Positions 50,736-60,076 of a DNA stretch of 64,000 bases are shown piece by piece. Each line of letters opens with the position of its first letter. The stretch's first letter is position 1. The stretch spans positions 416,001-480,000 of the forward strand of contig CAXXGI010000002.1 of the NCBI GenBank assembly GCA_963674695.2, given 5' to 3'. The position numbers were made by a program, and so were the translations under genes. Source of the stretch: a bacterium. Lineage in GTDB: Bacteria; UBA10199; 2-02-FULL-44-16; JAAZCA01. The notes under the pieces are model-generated. The model had not been told where the DNA came from. It saw only the letters and a program-made list of their open reading frames with translations, and made no database searches.

Positions 50736-50764
50736 GCAACTTTGCCTCCCCCTTCAGCCGATAA
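50736..50764 (+). promoter_or_regulatory. Sigma28/FliA-like promoter motif
   Basis: GCAAC-N16-GCCGATAA. Confidence 0.6.
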
Positions 50765-50771
50765 TACCAAT

Positions 50772-50851
50772 GGAAGCAGCAAGAGCAGTACTGAGATTGA
50801 CCCCCCCCTTTTGGGCCCTTCAGCGATAGTGTTGGAGGGTCCTTTTTTTTT
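50772..50851 (+). ncRNA. Candidate small RNA (~80 nt) with a C8 tract
   Basis: Lies between the promoter motif and a strong terminator, with no credible ORF or RBS. Confidence 0.5.
50813..50851 (+). terminator. Intrinsic terminator
   Basis: GGGCCCTTCAGC-GATAGT-GTTGGAGGGTCC stem (with G-U pairs) followed by T9. Confidence 0.8.
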
Positions 50852-51027
50852 CGATGCAACACGGTTTTTTCGCAGGAAAAAACGTTCATCGCATCGAGAA
50901 CCCGCCAACGGTGTCGTGGCGGGTCATGAAAAGGCGGATTGTCAGAACCGCTTGAAATGATACGGGGTTCTTGGTAGGGGAGAGGCGCTCGCTTTAAAGC
51001 GGGCGGGAGAGGTGGTATCATTCTAGT

Positions 51028-51549
51028 ATGATAAGGGAAATCGTTACCCATCCGGATCCGGTGCTCACCCTCGTGGCCGAAGTGGTCGACGCGGTCGATG
51101 AGGAGATCCGTGAGCTCGTCGCCGACATGATCGAGACGATGATCGACGGCGACGGCGTGGGCCTGGCCGCCCCGCAGGTCGGGGTGTCGCTGCGCGTGAT
51201 CGTGGTCGATGTGCACGACGGCGAAGGGGCGACGCCGATGATCAACCCGGTCATCGTCGAACGCGATGGCGAGATCGCCTTCGAAGAGGGGTGTCTGTCC
51301 GTCCCCGACTTTCGCATCTCGATCGACCGGAGCGAGCGCGTCCGGGTCCGATTTCTCAACGTCGATGGGGATGAGCAGGAGTGTGATGCCGAAAACCTCA
51401 AGGCCGTGGCCATCCAGCACGAGATCGATCACCTCGACGGCCGACTCATCATCGACCGCGCCAGTCGCCTCAAGCAGGACCTCTATGTGCGCAAGGTTCG
51501 CAAACGTCGCCGCGAGGAGAAGGAGGGGAAAGAGCAGTACACCTTCTGA
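51028..51549 (+). CDS. def: Peptide deformylase
   Basis: GVGLAAPQVG; EGCLS; QHEIDHLDG. Confidence 0.98.
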   Translation: MIREIVTHPDPVLTLVAEVVDAVDEEIRELVADMIETMIDGDGVGLAAPQVGVSLRVIVVDVHDGEGATPMINPVIVERDGEIAFEEGCLSVPDFRISIDRSERVRVRFLNVDGDEQECDAENLKAVAIQHEIDHLDGRLIIDRASRLKQDLYVRKVRKRRREEKEGKEQYTF

Positions 51550-51615
51550 CCGCATATCCCCGATCGCCGAAAACTTTTCCTTGCAGCGCGCGCCTCGCGC
51601 AGACATGTTCCCCCT

Positions 51616-52545
51616 ATGCGTATCATCTTTATGGGTTCGGCTGGGTTCGCAGTTCCTGCGCTCTCGGCCCTGATCGATTCCGAACATGACGTGATCGAGG
51701 TCGTGGCGCAACCGGACAAGCCCGCCGGCCGTGGCCAAAAGGTCACCGCCTGTCCGGTGGCGACCTGTGCGCGCGAGAGCGAGCTCCCCCTCTATCAGCC
51801 CAAGGGGGTGCGAAAGCCGGAGCGCATCGAGCACTTTCGCGAACTTGCCCCGGACCTGATCGCCGTGGTCGCTTATGGCAAGATCCTCCCGCGCGAACTC
51901 ATCGACATCCCGAAACACGGTTGCATCAACGTGCATGCCTCGCTCCTGCCGAACTATCGCGGTGCGGCGCCCATTCAGTGGGCCATCGTCAATGGCGATG
52001 CCGAGACCGGCGTGACCACGCAGCGCATGGTCGAGGAGCTCGATGCGGGCGATGTGCTCATGGCCGCCTCCACGCCGATCGATGCGTGTGAGACGGCGCG
52101 CGAGCTGCACGACCGGCTCGCCCTCATGGGTGCCGACCTTCTCCTGCACACGATCGAGGCGATCGAGGAGGACACGCTCGTCCCGATTCCGCAGGAGCCC
52201 GCGCAGGTGACCTTCGCGCCCATCATCGAAAAGGCGGACGGGCGCATCGACTGGACGCAGTCGGCCCAGGCCATCTACAACCGCGTGCGCGGCTTTGCCG
52301 TATGGCCGGGGACGTTTACAACATGGCAGGGCAAACAGCTGCGTCTCCATGAGGTGGCGCCGGTGGAAGGTCCCTGCGATGCCAAGCCGGGAACCGTCGT
52401 CGAGGTGGGGGATGCGCATATCGCGATCGCCTGCGGCGAGGGCATGCTCTATCTCCTCGAGGTGCAGCTCGAAGGAAAGCGCCGCATGCCCGTCGCGGAT
52501 TTTCTGCGCGGACACAAAGTTGCACCGGAAAGTATTTTGGAATAA
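51616..52545 (+). CDS. fmt: Methionyl-tRNA formyltransferase
   Basis: MRIIFMG; QPDKPAGRG; INVHASLLPNYRGAAPIQ; LDAGD. Confidence 0.98.
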   Translation: MRIIFMGSAGFAVPALSALIDSEHDVIEVVAQPDKPAGRGQKVTACPVATCARESELPLYQPKGVRKPERIEHFRELAPDLIAVVAYGKILPRELIDIPKHGCINVHASLLPNYRGAAPIQWAIVNGDAETGVTTQRMVEELDAGDVLMAASTPIDACETARELHDRLALMGADLLLHTIEAIEEDTLVPIPQEPAQVTFAPIIEKADGRIDWTQSAQAIYNRVRGFAVWPGTFTTWQGKQLRLHEVAPVEGPCDAKPGTVVEVGDAHIAIACGEGMLYLLEVQLEGKRRMPVADFLRGHKVAPESILE

Positions 52546-52559
52546 ACGAACAACGACGC

Positions 52560-52645
52560 TGTCATCCCGAGTGACCCGAAGGGGAGTCGAGGGATCTCTG
52601 GAGATTCCTCCACTCGTTCGTTTCACTCACTCGGTCGGAATGACA
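52560..52645. repeat. Palindromic REP/MITE-like element, family C
   Basis: TGTCATCCCGAG...GAGGGATCTC-TG-GAGATTCCTC...GTCGGAATGACA inverted ends. Confidence 0.7.
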
Positions 52646-52659
52646 ACAACGGGATATAC

Positions 52660-53319
52660 ATGAAAAAACAGATCGCTCCATCGATATTGTCGGCCGACTT
52701 CGCGCGTTTGGGCGAGCAGATCGCGGCCGTTGAAAAGGCGGGTGCTGACGTCATCCACGTCGATGTGATGGACGGGCATTTCGTGCCGAACATCACGATC
52801 GGACCGCCGGTCGTGAAGAAGCTTCGTCCCTGCACGAAGCTTCCCTTCGATTGCCACCTCATGATTTCGGAGCCGGCCAAATACATCAAGGCCTTCGCCG
52901 AAGCGGGTGCGGACTGGATCTCGGTGCACGTCGAGTGCTGCGACCTGCAGGAACTCCTCCCCGCCATCCGCGCGCTCGGCTGCAAGGCCGGTTGTGTCAT
53001 CAACCCGCCGACACCGGTGAAGGATATCCTGCCGTTCGTGCCGCTGTCGGATTTCGTCCTCGTCATGACCGTCAATCCCGGCTTCGGCGGCCAGACGATG
53101 ATCGAGGACTGTCTGGAAAAGATAGTGCGGATCAAATCCTTCTGCGCCGAGCGCGGACTGACCATTCCGGTCGAGGTCGACGGCGGGGTGAACCCCGACA
53201 CGATCGAAAAAGTGGCCGCGGTGGGTGCCGACATCCTCGTCGCCGGCAACGCCATCTTTGGCAAAGACGATTACGCCGCCGCCATCGCCAAACTTCGCCA
53301 ACCCTTCAAGACTTCATAA
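52660..53319 (+). CDS. rpe: Ribulose-phosphate 3-epimerase
   Basis: IAPSILSADF; HVDVMDGHFVPN; DCHLM; MTVNPGFGGQ; VDGG. Confidence 0.98.
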   Translation: MKKQIAPSILSADFARLGEQIAAVEKAGADVIHVDVMDGHFVPNITIGPPVVKKLRPCTKLPFDCHLMISEPAKYIKAFAEAGADWISVHVECCDLQELLPAIRALGCKAGCVINPPTPVKDILPFVPLSDFVLVMTVNPGFGGQTMIEDCLEKIVRIKSFCAERGLTIPVEVDGGVNPDTIEKVAAVGADILVAGNAIFGKDDYAAAIAKLRQPFKTS

Positions 53320-53346
53320 CGCCATTCCCGATGTGCGTTGTAAACT

Positions 53347-53385
53347 CTCCCCTCCTTTGTAAGGAGGGGATGGGGGAGGTAGATC
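53347..53385. repeat. Partial family B palindromic element
   Basis: CCCCTCCTTTGTAAGGAGGGGATGGGGGAGGTAGATC. Confidence 0.65.
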
Positions 53386-53413
53386 ATGGATGTACCCGAT
53401 GTTGAATTGAACA

Positions 53414-54811
53414 TCATGCTCCGCACGTCGGATCCGGATCGAGGGCGCACTCGAGGTTGTCCAGATTGAAGGCTCCGCCCGCGGTCATCTCGTCGAAATC
53501 GGTGATGGTATCGCCGTCGGTATCCGGGTCACACGGATCGGTCTCGAATCCTTCATCGACGATACCGTTGCAGTTGTGATCCTCGCCCATGCCCATGGAG
53601 GAAACCCATCCGTCGGGGAGGCGATCGCCATCGGTATCGGAGCTGAGGGGGTTGGTCTCGATTCCTTGATCGAAGACGCCGTTTCGGTTGGCGTCCTCCA
53701 ACCCGTCGAGGATGCCGTCGCCGTCGGTGTCGGGATGGAGCGGATTGGTTCCGAGCCGAGCCTCCAGGTCATCCATCAGTCCATCGTCGTCGCTGTCGGC
53801 TTCATACCAACAGGTTTCCCCGGGATCGCAGACGCAGTTGCGATTGCTATCTTCGGTGTCGTCGGAAAGGTGATCGCCGTCGCTGTCATAGCCGGGGGCG
53901 ACGATGCCGGTCTGGCCGCTATGGGTGATGCCGCGGTAGAGTCGGCATTCCTGCACGTTCGCGAAGCGCTCACTCGCGTTGCCGCTGTCGTCATGGAGCG
54001 GATAGTTGTCTTCGCCATCGAAGATGCCGTCATCGTCGGTGTCGGGATCAAACGGATCGGTTCCGAGCCTCGCTTCCATGCCATCGGTCAGTCCATCGGC
54101 ATCGGAGTCGATCAATTCAGCGTTCGGCTCATCCTCAGCGGGGTCGTCTTCTTCAATAGTCACCTCTGATTCCAGTTCGTACCCGGGCAATGGCACAAAA
54201 TGTTCCGGTTCGGTCCCTTCCGTTGAGGTTCCATCCTCACCATTGGTCTTGTTTGCAGAATCGGTTTCATTCTCTTCGGTATCATCATCATCATCATCAT
54301 CACCATCGCCGTTTCCATCGCCGATGGCGACAAAGCGGAACGCATCCAGATCGTTCTCGCTCATCGCCGATGCGGTGAGGGTGAAGTGCGCGAGCGTCGT
54401 GCCGCGCAGGAGATAGATGCTCCAGGTGTTTTCGCCGGAGGTGTTCGTTGAAGCGATGAGCCCCTGCTCGAATCCCTCGGCGCTGTAGGGCGTGAAGGTG
54501 GTGCCCTCGTGAAAGAGCCGGACGTAGTCGCTCAGATTCGCGATGGGGGCGGGCAGACGGTTGAAGATGATCGTCGCCTGCGCGCGTTTGGCGACGAGCA
54601 TCGGTTTGATGAGGATGCTCTCGTCGTCGATGATGGTTGCGACCCAGTCGAGCGGATAGCTGATGCGCACGCCATAGGCGGTGCTCAGGTAGGTCTGCGT
54701 CTCGACGATGTCCGGCACCGGGTTTTCCACCTCGGTTCCGCCGGAGGGGCCGGCGCAGGCGGCGGTGATGAACATCAGCGCCAGCAGGAGCAGGAGACGT
54801 TTATGTTTCAT
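53414..54811 (-). CDS. Lipoprotein with C-terminal thrombospondin type 3-like Ca-binding (DxDxDG) repeats
   Basis: Lipobox TAAC then SGGTEVENP; DSDADG, DTDDDG and DTDGDG repeats; start overlaps the upstream gene's 3' end. Confidence 0.8.
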   Translation of the reverse strand: MKHKRLLLLLALMFITAACAGPSGGTEVENPVPDIVETQTYLSTAYGVRISYPLDWVATIIDDESILIKPMLVAKRAQATIIFNRLPAPIANLSDYVRLFHEGTTFTPYSAEGFEQGLIASTNTSGENTWSIYLLRGTTLAHFTLTASAMSENDLDAFRFVAIGDGNGDGDDDDDDDTEENETDSANKTNGEDGTSTEGTEPEHFVPLPGYELESEVTIEEDDPAEDEPNAELIDSDADGLTDGMEARLGTDPFDPDTDDDGIFDGEDNYPLHDDSGNASERFANVQECRLYRGITHSGQTGIVAPGYDSDGDHLSDDTEDSNRNCVCDPGETCWYEADSDDDGLMDDLEARLGTNPLHPDTDGDGILDGLEDANRNGVFDQGIETNPLSSDTDGDRLPDGWVSSMGMGEDHNCNGIVDEGFETDPCDPDTDGDTITDFDEMTAGGAFNLDNLECALDPDPTCGA

Positions 54812-55649
54812 CGGGCACCTCGCTGAGATTGAAGAGCTGTAGGTTGAGCTGATAGATGACATCGGCCGCTTCTCCCTCGGCCATGAACGCATGCAGCTCG
54901 CGTTTGAACGCGTGGATGCGGCGCTTGACCTCCGCGATCTTCTCCTTCGAGACGGCGACGGTCAGCGCCGAGATGTCGCGATGCTGCGCCTGGCTGCGAT
55001 CAATCGATTCGCGCGCCTTTTCAATCATCTGGTGGTGGAAGTTCGCGGCGGCCAGCGATGCGACCTCATAGACCGTTCCGAGATGGCGTTCCGATTGCAC
55101 GATGCGTCCCTCATCGGTGCGCGTCCAGAGGCCGAGCCGAAAGAGCAGTTCCATCGCTTCAGTCGCTTCACAGGTGCTGATGCGCGGTGTGAGCCGGGCG
55201 GCGATCCACTTCGGGTCCTCGCGAAATGTGGGGAGCAGGACCATTTCGCGCACGGCGGCGAAATACCATTTGGACAGATACTCGTACTGATCCTTCTCGA
55301 TGTGGCGAACCTCGATGTAGCCCTTCGAGGAGGCCAGTCGCTGATAATAGTGATTCTTCTCCTCGTTCGTCTTGGCCTGGTTGAACAGGACGAGATTTTC
55401 AAAAAATGCGCTCTCGCGCTTCTTGAGTTTGAGTCCCTTCGCGAATTTTCGGATCGTGCCGTTGCCCAGGCTCTTGCGTCCGGTGATCACCTGCCAGAGA
55501 TGGTTGTCGGAGGAGAGCCCGGCCGTGCGCGAGAAGAGGCGATAGGAGTAGCTCGGGTTCTCGCGCTTCTTCCACGCATAGAACGCCTTGAGATAGGCCC
55601 GATAATCGGTGAAGGCGTAGAGGTTGGGTTTGTCGGGACGCGCGGTCAT
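54801..55649 (-). CDS. TIGR02147/DUF4423-type protein (HTH-containing, putative regulator)
   Basis: DYRAYLK...YSYRLFS...GLSS; LVLFNQAK; WYFAAVRE; RDISALT; YQLNLQLFNLS. Confidence 0.85.
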   Translation of the reverse strand: MTARPDKPNLYAFTDYRAYLKAFYAWKKRENPSYSYRLFSRTAGLSSDNHLWQVITGRKSLGNGTIRKFAKGLKLKKRESAFFENLVLFNQAKTNEEKNHYYQRLASSKGYIEVRHIEKDQYEYLSKWYFAAVREMVLLPTFREDPKWIAARLTPRISTCEATEAMELLFRLGLWTRTDEGRIVQSERHLGTVYEVASLAAANFHHQMIEKARESIDRSQAQHRDISALTVAVSKEKIAEVKRRIHAFKRELHAFMAEGEAADVIYQLNLQLFNLSEVPDET

Positions 55650-55658
55650 ATATGCTCC

Positions 55659-55687
55659 TTATCGGCACATGACCCCCCTGAAGTTGC
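55659..55687 (-). promoter_or_regulatory. Sigma28/FliA-like promoter motif
   Basis: GCAAC-N16-GCCGATAA, ending 10 nt before the ATG at 55649. Confidence 0.55.
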
Positions 55688-55889
55688 GTATACCGGAGAA
55701 GAGGACAGGTGTATGGTGCACGCCTTTATCCGTTCCGGCGGAAGTTGCTAAATATTGTGTAATATCGCGATGTTACTGCGGCTCCTACAGGTTCGTCTTC
55801 CTGTACGGTATGTGAGAAATATCAAAGAAATGGCGCGTCGATAGAGGCAGGCGGCCCCGCCCCTATTGACGGGGCCACCCATGGGGGAG

Positions 55890-56819
55890 TCAGGCTTCGC
55901 AGCTCGGATCCGGATCCAGAGCGCATTCGAGGTTGTCCAGATTGAAGGCTCCGCCCGCGGTCATCTCGTCGAAATCGGTGATGGTATCGCCGTCGGTATC
56001 CGGGTCACACGGATCGGTCTCGACTCCTTCGTCGAAGATGCCGTTGCAGTTGTGATCCTCGCCCATGCCCATGGAGGAAACCCATCCGTCGGGGAGGCGA
56101 TCGCCATCGGTATCGGAGCTGAGGGGGTTGGTCTCGGAGTCAACATCGTAGACGCCGTTTCGGTTGGCATCCTCCAGTCCGTCGAGGATGCAGTCGCCGT
56201 CGGTGTCGGGATTTCGCGGATCGGTTCCGAGCCTCGTCTCCAGCGCATCGCTGAGTCCATCGCCGTCGGCATCGATGGTGTCGCCGTCGTCGGCATCGAG
56301 CGGATATTCATCCACGCCGTCGACGATGCCATCATTATCGGTGTCGGCCTTATACCAGCAGGTCTCATCGGGATCGCAGACGCAGTTTCGGTCTTCGTCT
56401 TCGATATCGTCGACGATGCCGTCACCGTCAGTGTCGTAGCCGGGGGCGACGAGTCCCGTCTGTCCGCTGTGGATGAGGCTGCGCATTTGACGGCATTCCT
56501 GCACGCTCGCGAAGCGGCCGCTGTCGCTGCCATTGTCGGCGTCGAGCGGATAACCGTCCTGCCCATCGAAGATGCCGTCGTCGTCCGAATCGCGATCGAG
56601 CGGATTCGTGCCGATTTCACGCTCCCATTCGTTGAGGAGCCCGTCGCCGTCCGCGTCAGGGGCGAGCTGGATCTTTCCCCGAAAGGGTGTCGTCTGAACC
56701 CCGTATCGCTGGCGGATGAGCTTCCCCGCGGGCTTGTTCACCGAGAACTCAAACGCTGATGCGCTGCCTGCGGTAATCAGAAAAACGAGCGCGCTGCAAA
56801 TGCCGATGATGCCCTTCAT
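55890..56819 (-). CDS. Secreted protein with thrombospondin type 3-like Ca-binding repeats
   Basis: RBS AAGGAGG; signal peptide ending ASA; DADGDG and DTDGDG repeats; C-terminus nearly identical to 53414..54811. Confidence 0.8.
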   Translation of the reverse strand: MKGIIGICSALVFLITAGSASAFEFSVNKPAGKLIRQRYGVQTTPFRGKIQLAPDADGDGLLNEWEREIGTNPLDRDSDDDGIFDGQDGYPLDADNGSDSGRFASVQECRQMRSLIHSGQTGLVAPGYDTDGDGIVDDIEDEDRNCVCDPDETCWYKADTDNDGIVDGVDEYPLDADDGDTIDADGDGLSDALETRLGTDPRNPDTDGDCILDGLEDANRNGVYDVDSETNPLSSDTDGDRLPDGWVSSMGMGEDHNCNGIFDEGVETDPCDPDTDGDTITDFDEMTAGGAFNLDNLECALDPDPSCEA

Positions 56820-56866
56820 GGTGACCTCCTTCTGCATGCTGTTGTTGCCCCGTCCTTTCACCCTCG

Positions 56867-56894
56867 TTATCGGTCCCGACCGAAGTGTTGTTGC
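56867..56894 (-). promoter_or_regulatory. Sigma28/FliA-like promoter motif
   Basis: GCAAC-N15-ACCGATAA. Confidence 0.6.
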
Positions 56895-57103
56895 GCACTC
56901 AAATCGTGCCGCTTCGCGCGCGGTGGCGGACAGTTTTAAAAATGAGAGCGAGTTCGGGAGGATGACCCCTGTACCGCGGTACACGAAAACTGTGTGGCGG
57001 GCATCCGTTCGAGATGGGGTTGGAAGGAGGGTGAGGAGAAAAAATGGCCGCTCCCCGTGAAGCATCGGGGGCGGCCGATGTATGATGGGCGTAACAGTGT
57101 GGG

Positions 57104-57727
57104 CTATTCGCCCTGATGTACAGATTCCACGAACATCTCCTCGATCGCCCACACGGCATCGATGATCGCGTCGAGTTCTTCGGGCATGTCGACGCGTTTG
57201 TCGAAACAGATGCGCTTATCGTCATGCGTTTCGGCGATGTCGAAGGTGATGCATGCGAGCGGATAATCGGTCGCACAGTTTTCTCCTTCACAGCGATATT
57301 CATCTTCCAGGCTGAACAGGGGGGCTGAACAGACGGTCTCCTGGAAATCGGCCAGGTTTTCGTTCGTGAGTTCTCTGGTGTGTCTGCTGACATGATCATC
57401 GGTTTCATAGATCCAGGTGACAAAGCCATAGTCCTCGACGGTGAGCGTGCTCGCCCAGAGTTCATGGCCGCCGTGTCGTTCAAAGGTCAGTCGCAGCGTG
57501 CACGGATCTGCCTTTGCCATCTCACCGCCGGTCGCAGTGCCGTCGCCCTCTTCGCCAGCGTCCACAAATCCTGTGCCGTCATTTGTTTCGTTTTCCTCCT
57601 CCCCATCTTGAACCGTGCTGCGGTCGTTCTTCAACCCATCCGCCGAAGGGATTGGGCCGGAGGCGCTACAGCCGACGATCGTTATCATAAGGAATAATGC
57701 GATGAAGAAGGCGGTGATCGTTTTCAT
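57104..57727 (-). CDS. Hypothetical lipoprotein
   Basis: RBS AAGGAG; lipobox IVGC. Confidence 0.75.
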   Translation of the reverse strand: MKTITAFFIALFLMITIVGCSASGPIPSADGLKNDRSTVQDGEEENETNDGTGFVDAGEEGDGTATGGEMAKADPCTLRLTFERHGGHELWASTLTVEDYGFVTWIYETDDHVSRHTRELTNENLADFQETVCSAPLFSLEDEYRCEGENCATDYPLACITFDIAETHDDKRICFDKRVDMPEELDAIIDAVWAIEEMFVESVHQGE

Positions 57728-57765
57728 AGGTGCTCCTTGTGAGGGTGATGTCATTTCTATCTTGG

Positions 57766-57793
57766 TTATCGGTTGCGGCGTGGCGGGGGTTGC
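57766..57793 (-). promoter_or_regulatory. Sigma28/FliA-like promoter motif
   Basis: GCAAC-N15-ACCGATAA. Confidence 0.6.
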
Positions 57794-57941
57794 GACGAAA
57801 TGGCGTCGAGAACACGGTTTCTCGGCGGGATCCGTCCAGCGCGAGGGAATGCATCTGCAATATGAAGGGGTTAGATGCCACTCGTATCCGATGGCGGTGT
57901 GTTCTCGATGGGACGCGTGCTCTCGGGGATGGTGCTGTCGA

Positions 57942-59252
57942 TTATTTCTTCAGCCGATGTCGCAGCAGGGGCAGGCCGATGTGTTGGCGAGCGGTTTCGC
58001 CTTCGAGGTGTTGCTGTTTTCGCTGCGCGATTCCTCCGCGCTCGCCTCCGTGTTGCGCAGAGAGACAGGCGCTGTCAGCGAAAAAGATCGTGTGTTTGCC
58101 GTAGCGTGCGGCCGCTTCGTCCACGGCGGCAAAGAGCGCTTCGTTCTCTATCTGCCGCTTCGGATCGTCGAAGAGCGAAAACTGCGATGGCCGCGGATCG
58201 GTGAGATCGGCCAGCACCACACCGGTGGCGCGATAGAGGACGCGGGCACGATAGCACGCGTCGAAGAGGCGCTTGAGGTGCGGGGCGATTTCGTTCGGAG
58301 CGCTCGTGGGAAACGGGAGCTTCGTCTCGTTTCCCGATCCGTCGAAGTCCTGCGTGCGCAGAAAGAGCGAGAGCTTCTGCGCCGCAAGCCGATGACGGCG
58401 CGCCTTGATGCAGGCCGATTCCAGGTTGCGCAGCGCGCGCGCCCAGACCTGTGCGCGATCCATCGAGGGCGGGGTGAAGGTCTTCGTCTTCGAGATCGAG
58501 GCCTGGCGCGATGGTATTTCGGCGTTCACCGGGGCGACCGATTCGCCGCGCAGCTCCAACCAGATTTCATTCCCCACCTTTCCCAGGAGTGCCGAGACAA
58601 ACGCCTTCGGACGCGAAATGAAGTCGAGTGCGGTGGTGAGACCGTGTTTCTCCAGGAGTGCCACGGTGTTGGGGCCGAAGCCCCAGACCTGCGGGAGTGT
58701 CGTGCGCTCCAGAAGGAGGTGAATGTGCCGGCCGCTCACGGCGGTGATGCCGTTCGGTTTCCGAAACTTCGAGCAGAGTTTGGCCAGGCCCTTGGAGAGC
58801 GACACGCCCACCGAAACGGTGATGCCCAGTTCCGCGGCGACCGCCTCCTGCATCTGTCGTGCGATGTCGCGATAGGAGGCGTGAAAGAGTCGGCGCAGTC
58901 CCGTGAGGTCGGCAAACCCTTCGTCGATCGAATACTCCTCCACCAGCGGCGAGAAGCGTCGCATGATGCTGAAGAGGCGCTTGGAGTAGAGCGCATAGGT
59001 TTCATAGTCCGAAGGCATCAGGATGCATTCGGGACAGATGCGGCGCACCTCGTAGAGCGGCACGCCGCGTTTGACGCCGCGCGCCTTGGCCTCGTAGGAG
59101 GCGGCCGAGACGATGCCGCGCTCGGCTCCGGTGACCAGCGGTTGTCCCTTCAGTTCCGGATGCACGGCCTGCTCGACCGAGGCGAAGAAGGCGTCGGCGT
59201 CGAGGTGAGCGATGGCGCGCGGCCAGCGGCGAAGGAGGAGGGGGCGGGACAT
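57942..59252 (-). CDS. dinB: DNA polymerase IV (Y-family)
   Basis: HLDADAFFASVE; AASYEAK; YSIDEGF; SKFRKPNG; WGFG. Confidence 0.93.
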   Translation of the reverse strand: MSRPLLLRRWPRAIAHLDADAFFASVEQAVHPELKGQPLVTGAERGIVSAASYEAKARGVKRGVPLYEVRRICPECILMPSDYETYALYSKRLFSIMRRFSPLVEEYSIDEGFADLTGLRRLFHASYRDIARQMQEAVAAELGITVSVGVSLSKGLAKLCSKFRKPNGITAVSGRHIHLLLERTTLPQVWGFGPNTVALLEKHGLTTALDFISRPKAFVSALLGKVGNEIWLELRGESVAPVNAEIPSRQASISKTKTFTPPSMDRAQVWARALRNLESACIKARRHRLAAQKLSLFLRTQDFDGSGNETKLPFPTSAPNEIAPHLKRLFDACYRARVLYRATGVVLADLTDPRPSQFSLFDDPKRQIENEALFAAVDEAAARYGKHTIFFADSACLSAQHGGERGGIAQRKQQHLEGETARQHIGLPLLRHRLKK

Positions 59253-59278
59253 GCGATCAGCGTTAGGGGAGGCCCCGT

Positions 59279-60076
59279 TCACATGTCAACGTTCTCCTCA
59301 AAGGGGGGATCTCTGTGGAGCGCATTGTAGGGACAGGCCTCCTGACAGATGTCGCAGCCGTAGGTGAAGCCGTGACTCGTGACTCGTGACTCGTGACTCG
59401 GAACATCTTCAGGATTGTGGCGAGGGGCTTCGATGGTGAGGTAGGAGATGCACCGGCGTGCGTCGAGGTGATAGGGGGCGATGAGCGCTGCGGTGGGACA
59501 GGCATCCAGGCAGGCGCGGCAGTCGCCGCAGCGATTTTCGGCGGGCGTGTTCGGGGCGAGATCGAGATCGGTGATGATCTCGCCCAGGACGAAGAAGGAG
59601 CCGAGGGCTTCATTGACGAGCAGCGTGTGCTTGCCGATCCAGCCCAACCCTGCGCGCTGGGCGAGCGCCTTCTCCAGCAGCGGGCTCGTGTCGACACAGA
59701 TCTTTGCACGCGCATTGGGATGGCCCTCAGCGATCGTCGCCCAGAGTGCATCCAGTTTTTCGCGCATTACCTCATGATACTCTGCGCTGCGGGCGAAGCG
59801 GGCGCGGCGCGTGTCGGGTGCGGCGGCGTGCGGCGGAAGCCCGCGTTCAGTATAGGGATAGGCACAACAGATGACCGAGCGTGCATCGGGTAGGAGCGAG
59901 GTCGGATCGCAGCGGCGCGCGGGGTCGCGCGCGAGCCATCGCATCGAGGCGTTGCGTCCGGCTTCGATGGCGGCATCCAGATGCGCGCGCGCATCGATCG
60001 GGGAGGCATCGGTGATGCCGACGGCAGCGAAGCCGAGCGCACCGGCGCGTTCGCGAATCTCGCTTTCGATGCTCAT
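59279..60076 (-). CDS. queG: Epoxyqueuosine reductase (short form)
   Basis: VDTSPLLEK; AGLGWIGKH; GSFFVLGE; CGDCRACLDACPT; RCISYLTIE; GCDICQEACPYN. Confidence 0.92.
   Translation of the reverse strand: MSIESEIRERAGALGFAAVGITDASPIDARAHLDAAIEAGRNASMRWLARDPARRCDPTSLLPDARSVICCAYPYTERGLPPHAAAPDTRRARFARSAEYHEVMREKLDALWATIAEGHPNARAKICVDTSPLLEKALAQRAGLGWIGKHTLLVNEALGSFFVLGEIITDLDLAPNTPAENRCGDCRACLDACPTAALIAPYHLDARRCISYLTIEAPRHNPEDVPSHESRVTSHGFTYGCDICQEACPYNALHRDPPFEENVDM
59371..59400. repeat. Heptamer tandem repeat (CGTGACT)x4 inside queG
   Basis: Directly visible; encodes SHESRVTSH. Confidence 0.9.

Noticed and set aside
50650-51027. 6S RNA, tRNA or riboswitch in the priA-def gap
   Set aside because: No long rod with a central bubble, cloverleaf or known aptamer recognisable by eye; kept only as an unnamed sRNA candidate.
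50725-52626. 633-aa minus-strand ORF
   Set aside because: Antisense to def and fmt, and begins inside a repeat element.
53414-56819. Possible diversity-generating retroelement TR/VR pair
   Set aside because: No reverse transcriptase in the window, both copies are coding, and the differences are not evidently adenine-specific.
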